From: a virus
Reading direction: 5' to 3' (one strand)
Virus record (IMG/VR): IMGVR_UViG_3300047160_003189
Location: 1,411-65,410 of that record
Length of the DNA stretch: 64,000 nucleotides
Below the pieces are notes generated by a model. It was not told the DNA's origin and made no database searches. It saw only the letters and a list, made by a program, of their open reading frames with translations. Each line of letters starts with the position of its first letter. Position 1 is the stretch's first letter. Made by a program: the position numbers and the translations under genes. Shown here one piece after another: positions 37,481-45,942 of this stretch.

Positions 37481-37735
37481 CTAATTGTTCCGCTGATGCT
37501 TGCGCTCAAGATGCTCGCGCCACATGAGTTGATTGTGGGCGTCTACTCTTATAACCTCTATCAGATCATACAAGTCTTGAGTGCTGTAAACAGTATCCAG
37601 CTCATTTAGAGTAGCATATCTGGTGGAGACTACTGCCGCAATCCCTCGGGAGATGTTGGCGTATTCGATGAGCCCGTGGGGCTCGTCTTCGTCGCCTGTC
37701 CTTGTCTCCAGCGGGCGACGGTCTGCGAAAAACCC
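37481..37735 (-). CDS. Tail assembly chaperone, -1 frameshift extension
   Basis: The -1 frame is open from the GGGTTTT site to TAG at 37481 and encodes LIEYANISRGIAAVVSTRYATLNELDTVYSTQDLYDLIEV. Confidence 0.7.
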   Translation of the reverse strand, partial: GFFADRRPLETRTGDEDEPHGLIEYANISRGIAAVVSTRYATLNELDTVYSTQDLYDLIEVIRVDAHNQLMWREHLERKHQRNN

Positions 37736-38112
37736 GTGTGTAAATCAAATACCTCCCAGTATAGTTTCATCACCGTGGCGACTTCCTCGGTGTCAGTGTC
37801 TACTAATCCCCTGGTCACATTGGGAGCATTGGGATCGGGTAAGAATAATACACAACCCAGCAACTCGTCCAATAACGGCTTGGCGTCGTAATAGTCCATG
37901 CGTAGTAATGCCTGGAAGCCCATCACCGCTATACCTTCCATGCCCATCTCCATGACGTGTGCAGGTATCTCGACGTTGGACTTGCCCATGGCAAGTAGAG
38001 CGCGGGTCGCCCAGTCGGCGGCCCGTCGCGCCGGCATCTCGGTCAAGACGAATACTTTGCCCTGGTCCCGACCTTCGTCCGATACTCTGTAGTTACTTAT
38101 CTTCCTGGCCAT
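37630..38112 (-). CDS. Tail assembly chaperone
   Basis: Between tube and tape measure; RDQGKVFVLTEM, LLDELLGCV motifs. Confidence 0.8.
   Translation of the reverse strand: MARKISNYRVSDEGRDQGKVFVLTEMPARRAADWATRALLAMGKSNVEIPAHVMEMGMEGIAVMGFQALLRMDYYDAKPLLDELLGCVLFLPDPNAPNVTRGLVDTDTEEVATVMKLYWEVFDLHTGFSQTVARWRQGQATKTSPTGSSNTPTSPEGLRQ
37729..37735 (-). promoter_or_regulatory. -1 ribosomal slippery site G GGT TTT
   Basis: X XXY YYZ heptamer in the correct phase of the chaperone ORF. Confidence 0.7.
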
Positions 38113-38129
38113 CTGTCCCTCCTCGCTAC

Positions 38130-38561
38130 TTAAGCCGGTGCCGGTGACGCTACCTGCCAGACTATACTGTAGCGCCTCGGCCGCAAGGTTCTCGCCGCAT
38201 CAGGGATCGGCGGGAAGGTTGCAAGTACTCCGTTGGTCATCGTCCACTTCTTCTGCAAGCTCGGCAGAGTAATGATGGCATTCCCGAAGTAGACATCTTT
38301 CTGAGCTTGCTGCGCCGCCACCCAGTTGTCGAACACATCATTACTGGCGCTGTCGGCTTGCAAAGTAATGTGCTGCCGGATCGGCACGAAGACGTAGCCG
38401 GCTGACAGTATTCCATCGAGGCCCATGACTGCCTCGGCGATCTCTTGCGGGTCCGCGCCGAAAATCTCATCCGCCGAGAAACCCTGTAGTTGTTGCGGGG
38501 CTGGGTATAGGTTGGTAACGCCCAGCATGTAGATTGCGTTTGCACTAGTAATCGACGGCAT
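38130..38561 (-). CDS. Tail tube protein
   Basis: 143 aa directly after the sheath; ITSANA...LQGFSAD, MGLDGILSAG, ITLQADSAS. Confidence 0.82.
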   Translation of the reverse strand: MPSITSANAIYMLGVTNLYPAPQQLQGFSADEIFGADPQEIAEAVMGLDGILSAGYVFVPIRQHITLQADSASNDVFDNWVAAQQAQKDVYFGNAIITLPSLQKKWTMTNGVLATFPPIPDAARTLRPRRYSIVWQVASPAPA

Positions 38562-38577
38562 AGTTCGTCACTCCCTT

Positions 38578-40521
38578 CTACTGGACGTTAATGCTGTTGA
38601 TCTTGAGTTTCTGGATGGACTGCCCATCCATATACCACAAGTAGCAGGGCGGGCTCTCACGAGCCAACCTAACTTGCGGCTCGGCATCCTCCACCAAGAA
38701 GTACCAGCCGCGCGTGCTCAAGACATCATCGATCTTGCGGCCCGCATCCGAGTTTACTTCACTGACTTGGAACTGCGACAGTGTAACCCCTGGCCGGATG
38801 GCTCCGAACAGTAGAGCTTGGTTGATCGGGTCCATGGCCGCCATCTCGACCATAGTATATCCTGCCGCGTTGTAGGGGATCGAGCCGACGTTGGTCAGCA
38901 AGATCATCATCGACAACTGTAGTTGATTGTTGAGCCAAATCTGATTGACGTAGCTGTCGATCCACTTGAAGGGGCCGGATATCCCTCCATCGTAAAGTCC
39001 GTTGAACAACTGGTTCGCGGTTGCGAATACACAATAGGCCGAGTATCCGTTACCAACAAGATTGGTGTAAGCTGTGTCCGTCGTAACATCAGCCACGATG
39101 CCGGTCTGTTGCCGGAACTTGAAAGTAACGCGCCCGTTCCTCTTCTGGAAATCCACGCTGGCAATACTACCGGAGAGGAAGGCTGCCTTGTCGGGGAGCG
39201 CGCCGGCTGGCTGGAAGAGCGGAACCGTGCCACTGTAATCACCTTGCACCAGTTGATAGCCGAAGGACGCCAGCGCCGGATTGGATACTGTCGGACTGAG
39301 ATCGTGATCCGTCGCAATATATACGAAGTTGTCCTCGGTGTTGTTCACCCAGGCGGCGAAGGCCAGCTTTTGAGTATAGCCGCCCGAAGTCGTGTCTGGG
39401 TCGTATAGAGTAAAGAAGCTGGCCCAGTCCTGATCGAGCGCAGTAACACTGTCCATGAAATGTTGCTGAGCGGGAGCGTCCGCACCTTGCGAAGCAACAG
39501 CTCCGGTCGCGGAGGTCAGCATCAGTTGCGACGATAGAGTACCAGTAGCGAAGCCGATTGTCGAAGCCGGTCCAGTAGAACCGGAGCTGATCTGGTAAGC
39601 AGAGGACACCGCATCCCATGTGCAAGTAACTGCGGTAGCAGACGTGCCGGTGGGGGTAGCGGTCTGGGTCTTGTTGACGACGTAAGTACCCAACAGTCCT
39701 TGACCAGTAATCAAATCGGTGATGAGGGTGCCGGCTGAAGTCGAGCCGCCGGTGACGGTCTGCCCTATCGAGAGGGTGTTGGCACTGACGGCAGTAACCG
39801 TAAGCAAGCCCCACGTCTGGGTGATTGTTGTACTGGCAACATGCTGGACGATGCTAACCGCGTAAGTGCCGATACCTCCAGGGGTGCCGGTCAACTGGTT
39901 CTGAATGGCAGTACCGGCGGAAACCCCGGTGCCGCTGATGATGCCGCCGCGCACGATAGCGCCGGAGGTCACGCTGTTGACGGTAAGTATATTGCCGTCG
40001 ATTGTACCAACAACAACTGCGGGAGTACCTGCGGCGATGGTGCCGGTGAAGGAAGCCGCCGCCGGGACAGCGGCATTGAGGGCCGTCGCGATGATGGCGG
40101 CACCTGAAGTAAAACTCGTGGCCCCTGAGAAACCGAAGCTGGCGTTGCTGAATACTGCGCCATCCACAGTAACCGTGAGCGAGCCGGTCAGGTTCTTGAG
40201 CTGCGTCAAGGTGAGGGGGAGAGTACCTCCGCGCAGCCACGCGCCCACCTGGGTCACGTTATACTGCACAACCTTGAGAAAGGCCGGCTTCTGGGAAGAG
40301 TTATCGTAACCATTGAAGTAGATCGGGGCGATAGCCGCCTCGTCCGACCCAGGTCCGAAGTAACTCTCGACATCGGTATCGAGAGCAAAGGTTTCGATGG
40401 TATTGGCTGGTACTCTCGGATTGGGCGTCAGCAGCAAGCCGACCAGATCGAGAGCCCGTCCGCCAGGGGGAAGTACACCAGGGATGACATCAACTATGCG
40501 CTTTGCTGGGATTGTAGTCAT
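38578..40521 (-). CDS. Tail sheath protein, DUF3383-like
   Basis: FGPGSDEA, YFNGYDNS, DWASFFT, DSYVNQIWLNNQLQ, IPYNAAGY, RESPP, DGQSIQKL. Confidence 0.9.
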   Translation of the reverse strand: MTTIPAKRIVDVIPGVLPPGGRALDLVGLLLTPNPRVPANTIETFALDTDVESYFGPGSDEAAIAPIYFNGYDNSSQKPAFLKVVQYNVTQVGAWLRGGTLPLTLTQLKNLTGSLTVTVDGAVFSNASFGFSGATSFTSGAAIIATALNAAVPAAASFTGTIAAGTPAVVVGTIDGNILTVNSVTSGAIVRGGIISGTGVSAGTAIQNQLTGTPGGIGTYAVSIVQHVASTTITQTWGLLTVTAVSANTLSIGQTVTGGSTSAGTLITDLITGQGLLGTYVVNKTQTATPTGTSATAVTCTWDAVSSAYQISSGSTGPASTIGFATGTLSSQLMLTSATGAVASQGADAPAQQHFMDSVTALDQDWASFFTLYDPDTTSGGYTQKLAFAAWVNNTEDNFVYIATDHDLSPTVSNPALASFGYQLVQGDYSGTVPLFQPAGALPDKAAFLSGSIASVDFQKRNGRVTFKFRQQTGIVADVTTDTAYTNLVGNGYSAYCVFATANQLFNGLYDGGISGPFKWIDSYVNQIWLNNQLQLSMMILLTNVGSIPYNAAGYTMVEMAAMDPINQALLFGAIRPGVTLSQFQVSEVNSDAGRKIDDVLSTRGWYFLVEDAEPQVRLARESPPCYLWYMDGQSIQKLKINSINVQ

Positions 40522-41312
40522 AACCTTTCTCCTCTTCTACTTAAGACACGGTGCGGCCCGACCATCGGCGGATCGGGGAATTTGGCGTCTACGCTATTGA
40601 GGCCGATTTTCAGTTGATCCGCAAACTCTTGGTAGAGCTGCACGGTTTGGTTCGCCTGCATACAGGCTTCGACCACATACTTGCTCTCGTATTGCTGTGC
40701 CTCGTTGATGAAAGGTATTTGCTTGGGATCGTCGGCGTACAGAGGGACGACATCGAAACTTGTTCTCTGAAATACTTGGATGGCATAGGGATCACGGAAT
40801 AAAGTAGAAATGATCTGCGCCATGTTGGAAGCCGTCTTGAGGCTGGCGCTGTGGACATCCAACTGTACTGTAACGTCGGTGGGCTGCATGTAGGTGCCAA
40901 TGCCGGTCGCCATCTTTGCCCTGGCCACGGTCTGAGTAGGAGTTATAGTATAAACCCCGGTGCCGCCGACGATGCCGGATTGCTGGTCCACGACAGTAGA
41001 GTTAGGCAGGACATCGACGCCGAGTAGAGTGTGGCCAGCCTGGATATAGCCCAACAGCATAGTATCAACAGTCATGTCGGTGCCGTTGATGTCCGCCATG
41101 AAGGCGCAATCTAAGTACTGATCGATGTTGGTGGACAAACGATTTCGGCGGATCACCGTCATGACGATGAACTCGGTGCTCTTCGGTTCCGGTACTCTAT
41201 TGACCTGAGCCTCGATGACCTCGATGGTGTCGGGCAGAATACTAAACAGGAAAGCCCTGAGAGCGCACTGAATAGTAGACTGATCCGGGGTTAACTGTAC
41301 ATCGACCATCAC
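40518..41312 (-). CDS. Tail terminator / neck completion protein
   Basis: AQVNRVPEP, RLSTN, TVQLDVH, PLYADDPKQIPFIN..QQYE. Confidence 0.78.
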   Translation of the reverse strand: MMVDVQLTPDQSTIQCALRAFLFSILPDTIEVIEAQVNRVPEPKSTEFIVMTVIRRNRLSTNIDQYLDCAFMADINGTDMTVDTMLLGYIQAGHTLLGVDVLPNSTVVDQQSGIVGGTGVYTITPTQTVARAKMATGIGTYMQPTDVTVQLDVHSASLKTASNMAQIISTLFRDPYAIQVFQRTSFDVVPLYADDPKQIPFINEAQQYESKYVVEACMQANQTVQLYQEFADQLKIGLNSVDAKFPDPPMVGPHRVLSRRGERL

Positions 41313-41677
41313 TGAATGCCTATGGTGCAGTTACCAGTAGTTCCGGCCCCACCCCCGCCGCTGGCGTTAAGAGTAGTTGCCACGTAAAGACCATTGAGGA
41401 AGCGGAAGCCCAGACCGAGATCGGGCGTCAGCGGCGTATTAACCCAAGTAAAGCTGGCAACAACTACTGTTGTCCCCGGTGTCGGCGCTGTAGCAACGTC
41501 CCAGAATACCAGATAATCGGTGCCTGCCGTAGAAGCACAGTTTATCATAGTAACAACCCCAGGACCGGCCTTGAGCTTCTGCGGTGTCCCGGTGACACTC
41601 AAGAATTGCGGGAAGCCTTGAGCCAGTGCTGTAGTTACTATCAAAGACAGTAATGAGGTTAGTAAGTACTTTCTCAT
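41309..41677 (-). CDS. Hypothetical protein with signal peptide
   Basis: MRKYLLTSLLSLIVTTALA leader; beta-rich mature part. Confidence 0.7.
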   Translation of the reverse strand: MRKYLLTSLLSLIVTTALAQGFPQFLSVTGTPQKLKAGPGVVTMINCASTAGTDYLVFWDVATAPTPGTTVVVASFTWVNTPLTPDLGLGFRFLNGLYVATTLNASGGGGAGTTGNCTIGIQ

Positions 41678-41688
41678 GTCTCCTCCTC

Positions 41689-42075
41689 CTATTGGTTCTG
41701 CCTAGTAACGGCTACCTTGCACCAATCCGGCCAATCCTCCAACGGAAGAGTAATAAGCCAGGTCGTCCCCGCATCCACCCCGCCGTCTATAGTAATGATG
41801 TCGCCGCCGAACTGATCGGCGCGCGACAACCCGTTGATCCTGCCGTTGATGTAGATGGCCCGCTGGCTACCTTGAATGTTCAAGCCTTCGAGCTGGACGA
41901 TGTTCTTGTAGGTCAACGGTTGTATTTGACCCATCAAGCCGGTTATCGCCGGATTATACAAAGGTATTCGTTCTCCGTCATTGTTGGTAGTATAACCTGC
42001 CGACTGAAGTACGGTTATAGGGACGAATGGATTTACTGTATTGATTATCCCAGCAACCATACCATGCAGGTTCAC
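41689..42075 (-). CDS. Head closure / head-tail adaptor
   Basis: MNLHGMV...VNP, QIQPL, GLNIQG, GGDII, EDWPDWCKV. Confidence 0.78.
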   Translation of the reverse strand: MNLHGMVAGIINTVNPFVPITVLQSAGYTTNNDGERIPLYNPAITGLMGQIQPLTYKNIVQLEGLNIQGSQRAIYINGRINGLSRADQFGGDIITIDGGVDAGTTWLITLPLEDWPDWCKVAVTRQNQ

Positions 42076-42582
42076 TTATTCCTCCATTGTGGTGATCTTG
42101 TAAGCGGCGCTGTTGAGCATATGCTCGGTATCGATGAGAGGCGGCTTGCCCTTGCCCTTGCGGGCGATGGTGCTCGGCGCGTTGGGAGCGTAGTTGCCGG
42201 TCAGAATGCTGTCCTTCAGCTCGGCTACTATTTCCTGCCCCAGCGTCGTTAGTGTGTAGGTCATATTGTAGTTGGTGGACTTAAGTAGAGCGGCCAGCAT
42301 CTTCGGCCACTCCTTGGAGTTCTTGTCGATCATGTTGCGGAAGAACGGGCGCGGCGGTTGTACTACCGTCTTGCCGGTCTTGGTCTGGTAGGTTCTGCCG
42401 TATTCGTTGACGGTCGCCACCATCGGCAAAGAAGTACCGTCTGGGTAGTTGGCGTCTTCGAAGTAACCGACTTTCAGAGTATTACCCTTGCCCAACATGC
42501 GGGCGATCTCTTCCATACGTTGCTTGAACTTGTCGCCTCCCTTTACTTCGGAGGTCACTCGCGCCTTGCTTGCAGGGGCCAT
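42076..42582 (-). CDS. Neck / tail-completion protein
   Basis: LKVGY, VATVNEYG, PPRPFFR, PNAPSTIARKG..KPPLIDTEHMLNS. Confidence 0.78.
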   Translation of the reverse strand: MAPASKARVTSEVKGGDKFKQRMEEIARMLGKGNTLKVGYFEDANYPDGTSLPMVATVNEYGRTYQTKTGKTVVQPPRPFFRNMIDKNSKEWPKMLAALLKSTNYNMTYTLTTLGQEIVAELKDSILTGNYAPNAPSTIARKGKGKPPLIDTEHMLNSAAYKITTMEE

Positions 42583-42625
42583 CTGGTTCTCGTTTGAAGT
42601 GTTGTTTCCTGGGCTTTGGAACGTG

Positions 42626-42715
42626 CTAGGACGCCCGTTTGGGGGTGGACCCTCATGACCCTAGCCGGGGCACCCGAAATCGACTTAATCGGACGTTAGA
42701 AATCGATCCTCGGGC
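42626..42715 (-). repeat. Dispersed ~90-bp element, copy B
   Basis: Fills most of the only large intergenic gap in the neck region; reverse complement matches copy A. Confidence 0.8.
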
Positions 42716-42730
42716 CGGTTCCCTCTGAGA

Positions 42731-43189
42731 TCACCATCGCCGAGAATAAAACGGGTCGAATACTCGGCGAGGACCGGGGAAGTACCTGAATAGACGGTAG
42801 GGAGCCATCAAGTCCCAAGCCGCTGCACCGTACTTCGTCTGTTGATACCATGCCGCGTTGGGGTTTCTACCAATCAATGCAGTAATGCCCATGCTGACCG
42901 ATCCCTCGGTAGCGGACGATACTGCACCAGGGAAGGGTAGCGCCGGCATCAGCGAGGAGCCAGCAAAGAGCTGACCCAGGTGCGCGCAAAGTAAATTGAG
43001 GATGATAAACTGGGTATCCTGATCGCTGACCAAGCCGGTGCCGTCGTTCCTGCAATACTTACCGGCGATATCCCAGTATATTTCATACATGGGCTCGCTG
43101 ATGGTGTTGGTGAACTCGGGGAACAAAGTGATAAAGTAGTTATAGTCCAGTGTGGCTACCGCGCCGCCTTGTCCTTGATCTCCGTTCAT
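42731..43189 (-). CDS. Head-tail connector, DUF4054-like
   Basis: FITLFPEF, LLCAHLGQL, VSSATEGSVS, WYQQTKYGAAAW. Confidence 0.82.
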   Translation of the reverse strand: MNGDQGQGGAVATLDYNYFITLFPEFTNTISEPMYEIYWDIAGKYCRNDGTGLVSDQDTQFIILNLLCAHLGQLFAGSSLMPALPFPGAVSSATEGSVSMGITALIGRNPNAAWYQQTKYGAAAWDLMAPYRLFRYFPGPRRVFDPFYSRRW

Positions 43190-43741
43190 CTACTCCTCCC
43201 CTGGCCGCTCGCCTTCGTGCAGCGGCGTAAGATTTGGATTGTTGAGTAGAGGGTCGATGCGCTTGTCAGCCAATACTTCAACGCGCCGGCCTTTGTCGTC
43301 CTTCTCCTCGACCATACGTACATCGAGCGGCTCCAGCCCAGACAGCTCTTTACGATGCTCCTTGGCATGAGCTACAGTATCGTAGCGGTCCTCGTAAGCA
43401 TAGACGAGGCCGTTCTTGACGATTTCAGTATTGACGTTCTGGCGCAGCCACTCGGCGAAGAAGTCTCGATCTACTCCTTCGGTCAGCCCGACGCCATGTA
43501 TTACATCGGGCGAGGAGTGCCCCCAAGGTATCGACGGGCCGCGCAACCGCACCATGTCGCCGGTAGGAACAGCGATAGTAAACTTATGCTTGCCGCCGCC
43601 GTACAAGTTCTCGACTTGCTCCTCGAACTTGTAGAGACGAAGCTCAAGACCATTCGGCAACTTGCAGGCTACAGTAACTTTGGTGGACAGCGATTGCTCC
43701 GCGATGCGGACCCGCTTATGTGTCCCTGTTCTGGTAGTCAT
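43190..43741 (-). CDS. Conserved hypothetical protein downstream of the capsid gene
   Basis: VTVACKLPNGLELRL...GLTEGVDRDFFAEWL...SGLEPLD. Confidence 0.8.
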   Translation of the reverse strand: MTTRTGTHKRVRIAEQSLSTKVTVACKLPNGLELRLYKFEEQVENLYGGGKHKFTIAVPTGDMVRLRGPSIPWGHSSPDVIHGVGLTEGVDRDFFAEWLRQNVNTEIVKNGLVYAYEDRYDTVAHAKEHRKELSGLEPLDVRMVEEKDDKGRRVEVLADKRIDPLLNNPNLTPLHEGERPGEE

Positions 43742-43798
43742 AGGTAGTAACTCCGGTTATAGCGAGGTCCAAGCTACCTCGCTGTTGCTTGGATATAC

Positions 43799-44899
43799 TC
43801 AGATGCCGACCATCTGCGCGAGGCAGACCGGCTGACGGACGATGGCTCCCCAAGTACCACCAGTGACCTTCTGCTTGTAAGAAGAGAGGTCGCGGATGAT
43901 CGGGTGAGTACGCATCTTTTCGTTGAAAGCACAGTACCCACGGTCCTGCCCCTGTACACTGTCAACGAACATCTGCATCATATTGCCGGCGGCATTGCCG
44001 CCAGGGTTGGCCGAAGACTTCGCCAAGAACTGAGTAGCCGTCTTGATGGTAATATTGGGGAAGTTCTTCTTCAGTAGATCGGAGACGTTCACGGCGAAAG
44101 TATTGGTTGCCGTCAGGGCGACTTCGCTATCGGGGCTCATCGCCACGGTAATCTTGTCGCTCTTCTTGATGAGGCCGCGAGACTGTTGTACCAGCTTCAG
44201 GAATAGAGCCTGGAAGTCGGCGTATATTTCGTTCGAGGTCGCGGCGATGACGTTGCCGGTAGTGATCCAGGCAGTCGCGCCGGCAGAGTAAGCTTTCGGC
44301 GTAGCAGTAATCGGAGCCGAAAGACTGGGATCGTTGAGCCATCCGTAGTTCTGCAATCCACGAACACCGTAGAAGTAAGTGTAGTTCTGGAAGCGGTTCA
44401 TGGTCATGGCGCAGGCTGCGTCGATTTCGCCGACCCAGCTAATACGAGCACGTCCAGCCCGCTCGATCTCCCGCTCGCCGAGTTGCTTGATTGTTTGGTA
44501 GAGATAGCTCTGCTTCTGCGGGAAGTTCACGTTACTTCCAGTCGAGCCGGAAGTTGCGTAGTCTCCGTAGGACGAGACTTGCCCAGAATGCTCGACGATG
44601 GTGAACATCTGGGTTTCGTCGATCCAAGTACCTTTGCGCTGCTCACCGTAGATATTGGCGGCTTCCAGCGGCGAGAACAGTATACGGATGGTCGTCGGAT
44701 CGACCAACATGGTAAGCCAGTGGGGAATACCACTATTGGGGGCAGTAGAAAGCGGCGGCTGCGCCGCGTCCATTGCCATGTCGAAATCGGTACCCCATCC
44801 GTCGGGGATGTAGGTAAGGGCTTGGGGCAAGTACAGCCCCTTGTCCTCGAAGCGGTGCTTGTGCTTCTGCCACTCGCGAGCTGCGTCCTCATATCGCAT
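43799..44899 (-). CDS. Major capsid protein, DUF2184-like
   Basis: 366 aa; AMDAAQPPLST.PNSGIP, GEQRKGTW, YGDY, RFQNYTYFYGV.GLQNYGWLNDP. Confidence 0.88.
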   Translation of the reverse strand: MRYEDAAREWQKHKHRFEDKGLYLPQALTYIPDGWGTDFDMAMDAAQPPLSTAPNSGIPHWLTMLVDPTTIRILFSPLEAANIYGEQRKGTWIDETQMFTIVEHSGQVSSYGDYATSGSTGSNVNFPQKQSYLYQTIKQLGEREIERAGRARISWVGEIDAACAMTMNRFQNYTYFYGVRGLQNYGWLNDPSLSAPITATPKAYSAGATAWITTGNVIAATSNEIYADFQALFLKLVQQSRGLIKKSDKITVAMSPDSEVALTATNTFAVNVSDLLKKNFPNITIKTATQFLAKSSANPGGNAAGNMMQMFVDSVQGQDRGYCAFNEKMRTHPIIRDLSSYKQKVTGGTWGAIVRQPVCLAQMVGI

Positions 44900-44932
44900 A
44901 GTATTTCTCCTTTACTTGAGTTGCACCAATAC

Positions 44933-45898
44933 TTATCGATTGGCGAAGTTGGGCGAGATCATGAAGACTTCGCCGGGAGCTGCCATCGAGCCGGCATACC
45001 ATCCGGTAGCGGAAGCGCCCGCACCAGTAAGAACACCCTGGCCGGCGTTGCCGGATGTCTGAGTATAGTTGACGACTGCGGTCGAGCCGCTGCCGCCGGT
45101 GCCGGTCAGCATTTGCAGTATCTTGGTTCCGGCAGTAACACCAGCGGATGCGCCGGTCAGTACTTGATTGACACCGAAGCTGCCGGCAGTAACCGTCGTC
45201 AAGGTCAACGTGCCGTAAGTAATGGTGATGGTGGTCGAAGCGACGTTCTGGTTGGGAGGACTGACCTCGTAAGTACCAGCCCCGCCGGTCGTGCCGCTCA
45301 ACTGCCGAGTGATAACAGTTCCAGTAGTAACACCGGAGCCGGTGACCACTGCACCGGGGTAGATGGTGCCGGTAACTGCGCCGGAAGTCGCCATCACGTT
45401 GTCGGTGATGGTGCCGGTGAACGAAGCAGTAGCCGCCGCGATGCCCCAAGTAGAAGCAGTCGCTCCACCAGCGGTCGCGGTCTTCAGGCACCGACCAGTA
45501 GAGTTGTCGGCGTAGATTTGATCACCAGGGTTGATCTGTACTGTATCATCGTTGAGAGCCCACAGATCACCAGAGTACACCAGCGAAGTCTCGAAGCCGG
45601 CCGGAAGTAGATTGCTGGCATAAGAAAGGTAGCCGGTGATGAATGCCTGTTGCTCGCGATGCACGAAGCCATCAGGTGCGCCGGTGCCGTAGTTATTGGC
45701 CATGGCCGCCGAACCGCGAAAATCGGCGGGCCAGTCCAGCCATGCGAAACGACCGACAGTCAATCCATTGGGACCGGCTTGTAGTCCAAGCGGGCCAGCT
45801 ACGACCATCTGGCGCGGATTGGCGGAAGCGAAGTCCCCGGCAAGTGCCGGTGCCATATCCGTCTCGACCTGGGTCTGAAACCCTTGAAGGGCTGCCAT
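44933..45898 (-). CDS. Head decoration / cement protein with inserted beta-rich modules
   Basis: FQTQV..DMAPALAGDFASANP, GLTVGRFAW, PDGFVHREQQAFIT. Confidence 0.78.
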   Translation of the reverse strand: MAALQGFQTQVETDMAPALAGDFASANPRQMVVAGPLGLQAGPNGLTVGRFAWLDWPADFRGSAAMANNYGTGAPDGFVHREQQAFITGYLSYASNLLPAGFETSLVYSGDLWALNDDTVQINPGDQIYADNSTGRCLKTATAGGATASTWGIAAATASFTGTITDNVMATSGAVTGTIYPGAVVTGSGVTTGTVITRQLSGTTGGAGTYEVSPPNQNVASTTITITYGTLTLTTVTAGSFGVNQVLTGASAGVTAGTKILQMLTGTGGSGSTAVVNYTQTSGNAGQGVLTGAGASATGWYAGSMAAPGEVFMISPNFANR

Positions 45899-45942
45899 AG
45901 TATATTCTCCTCTTATTCAGTACTTACTAAGTACCTGGGGGT

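Noticed and set aside
44483-45610. 375-aa plus-strand ORF
   Set aside because: Shadow of the capsid and decoration genes.
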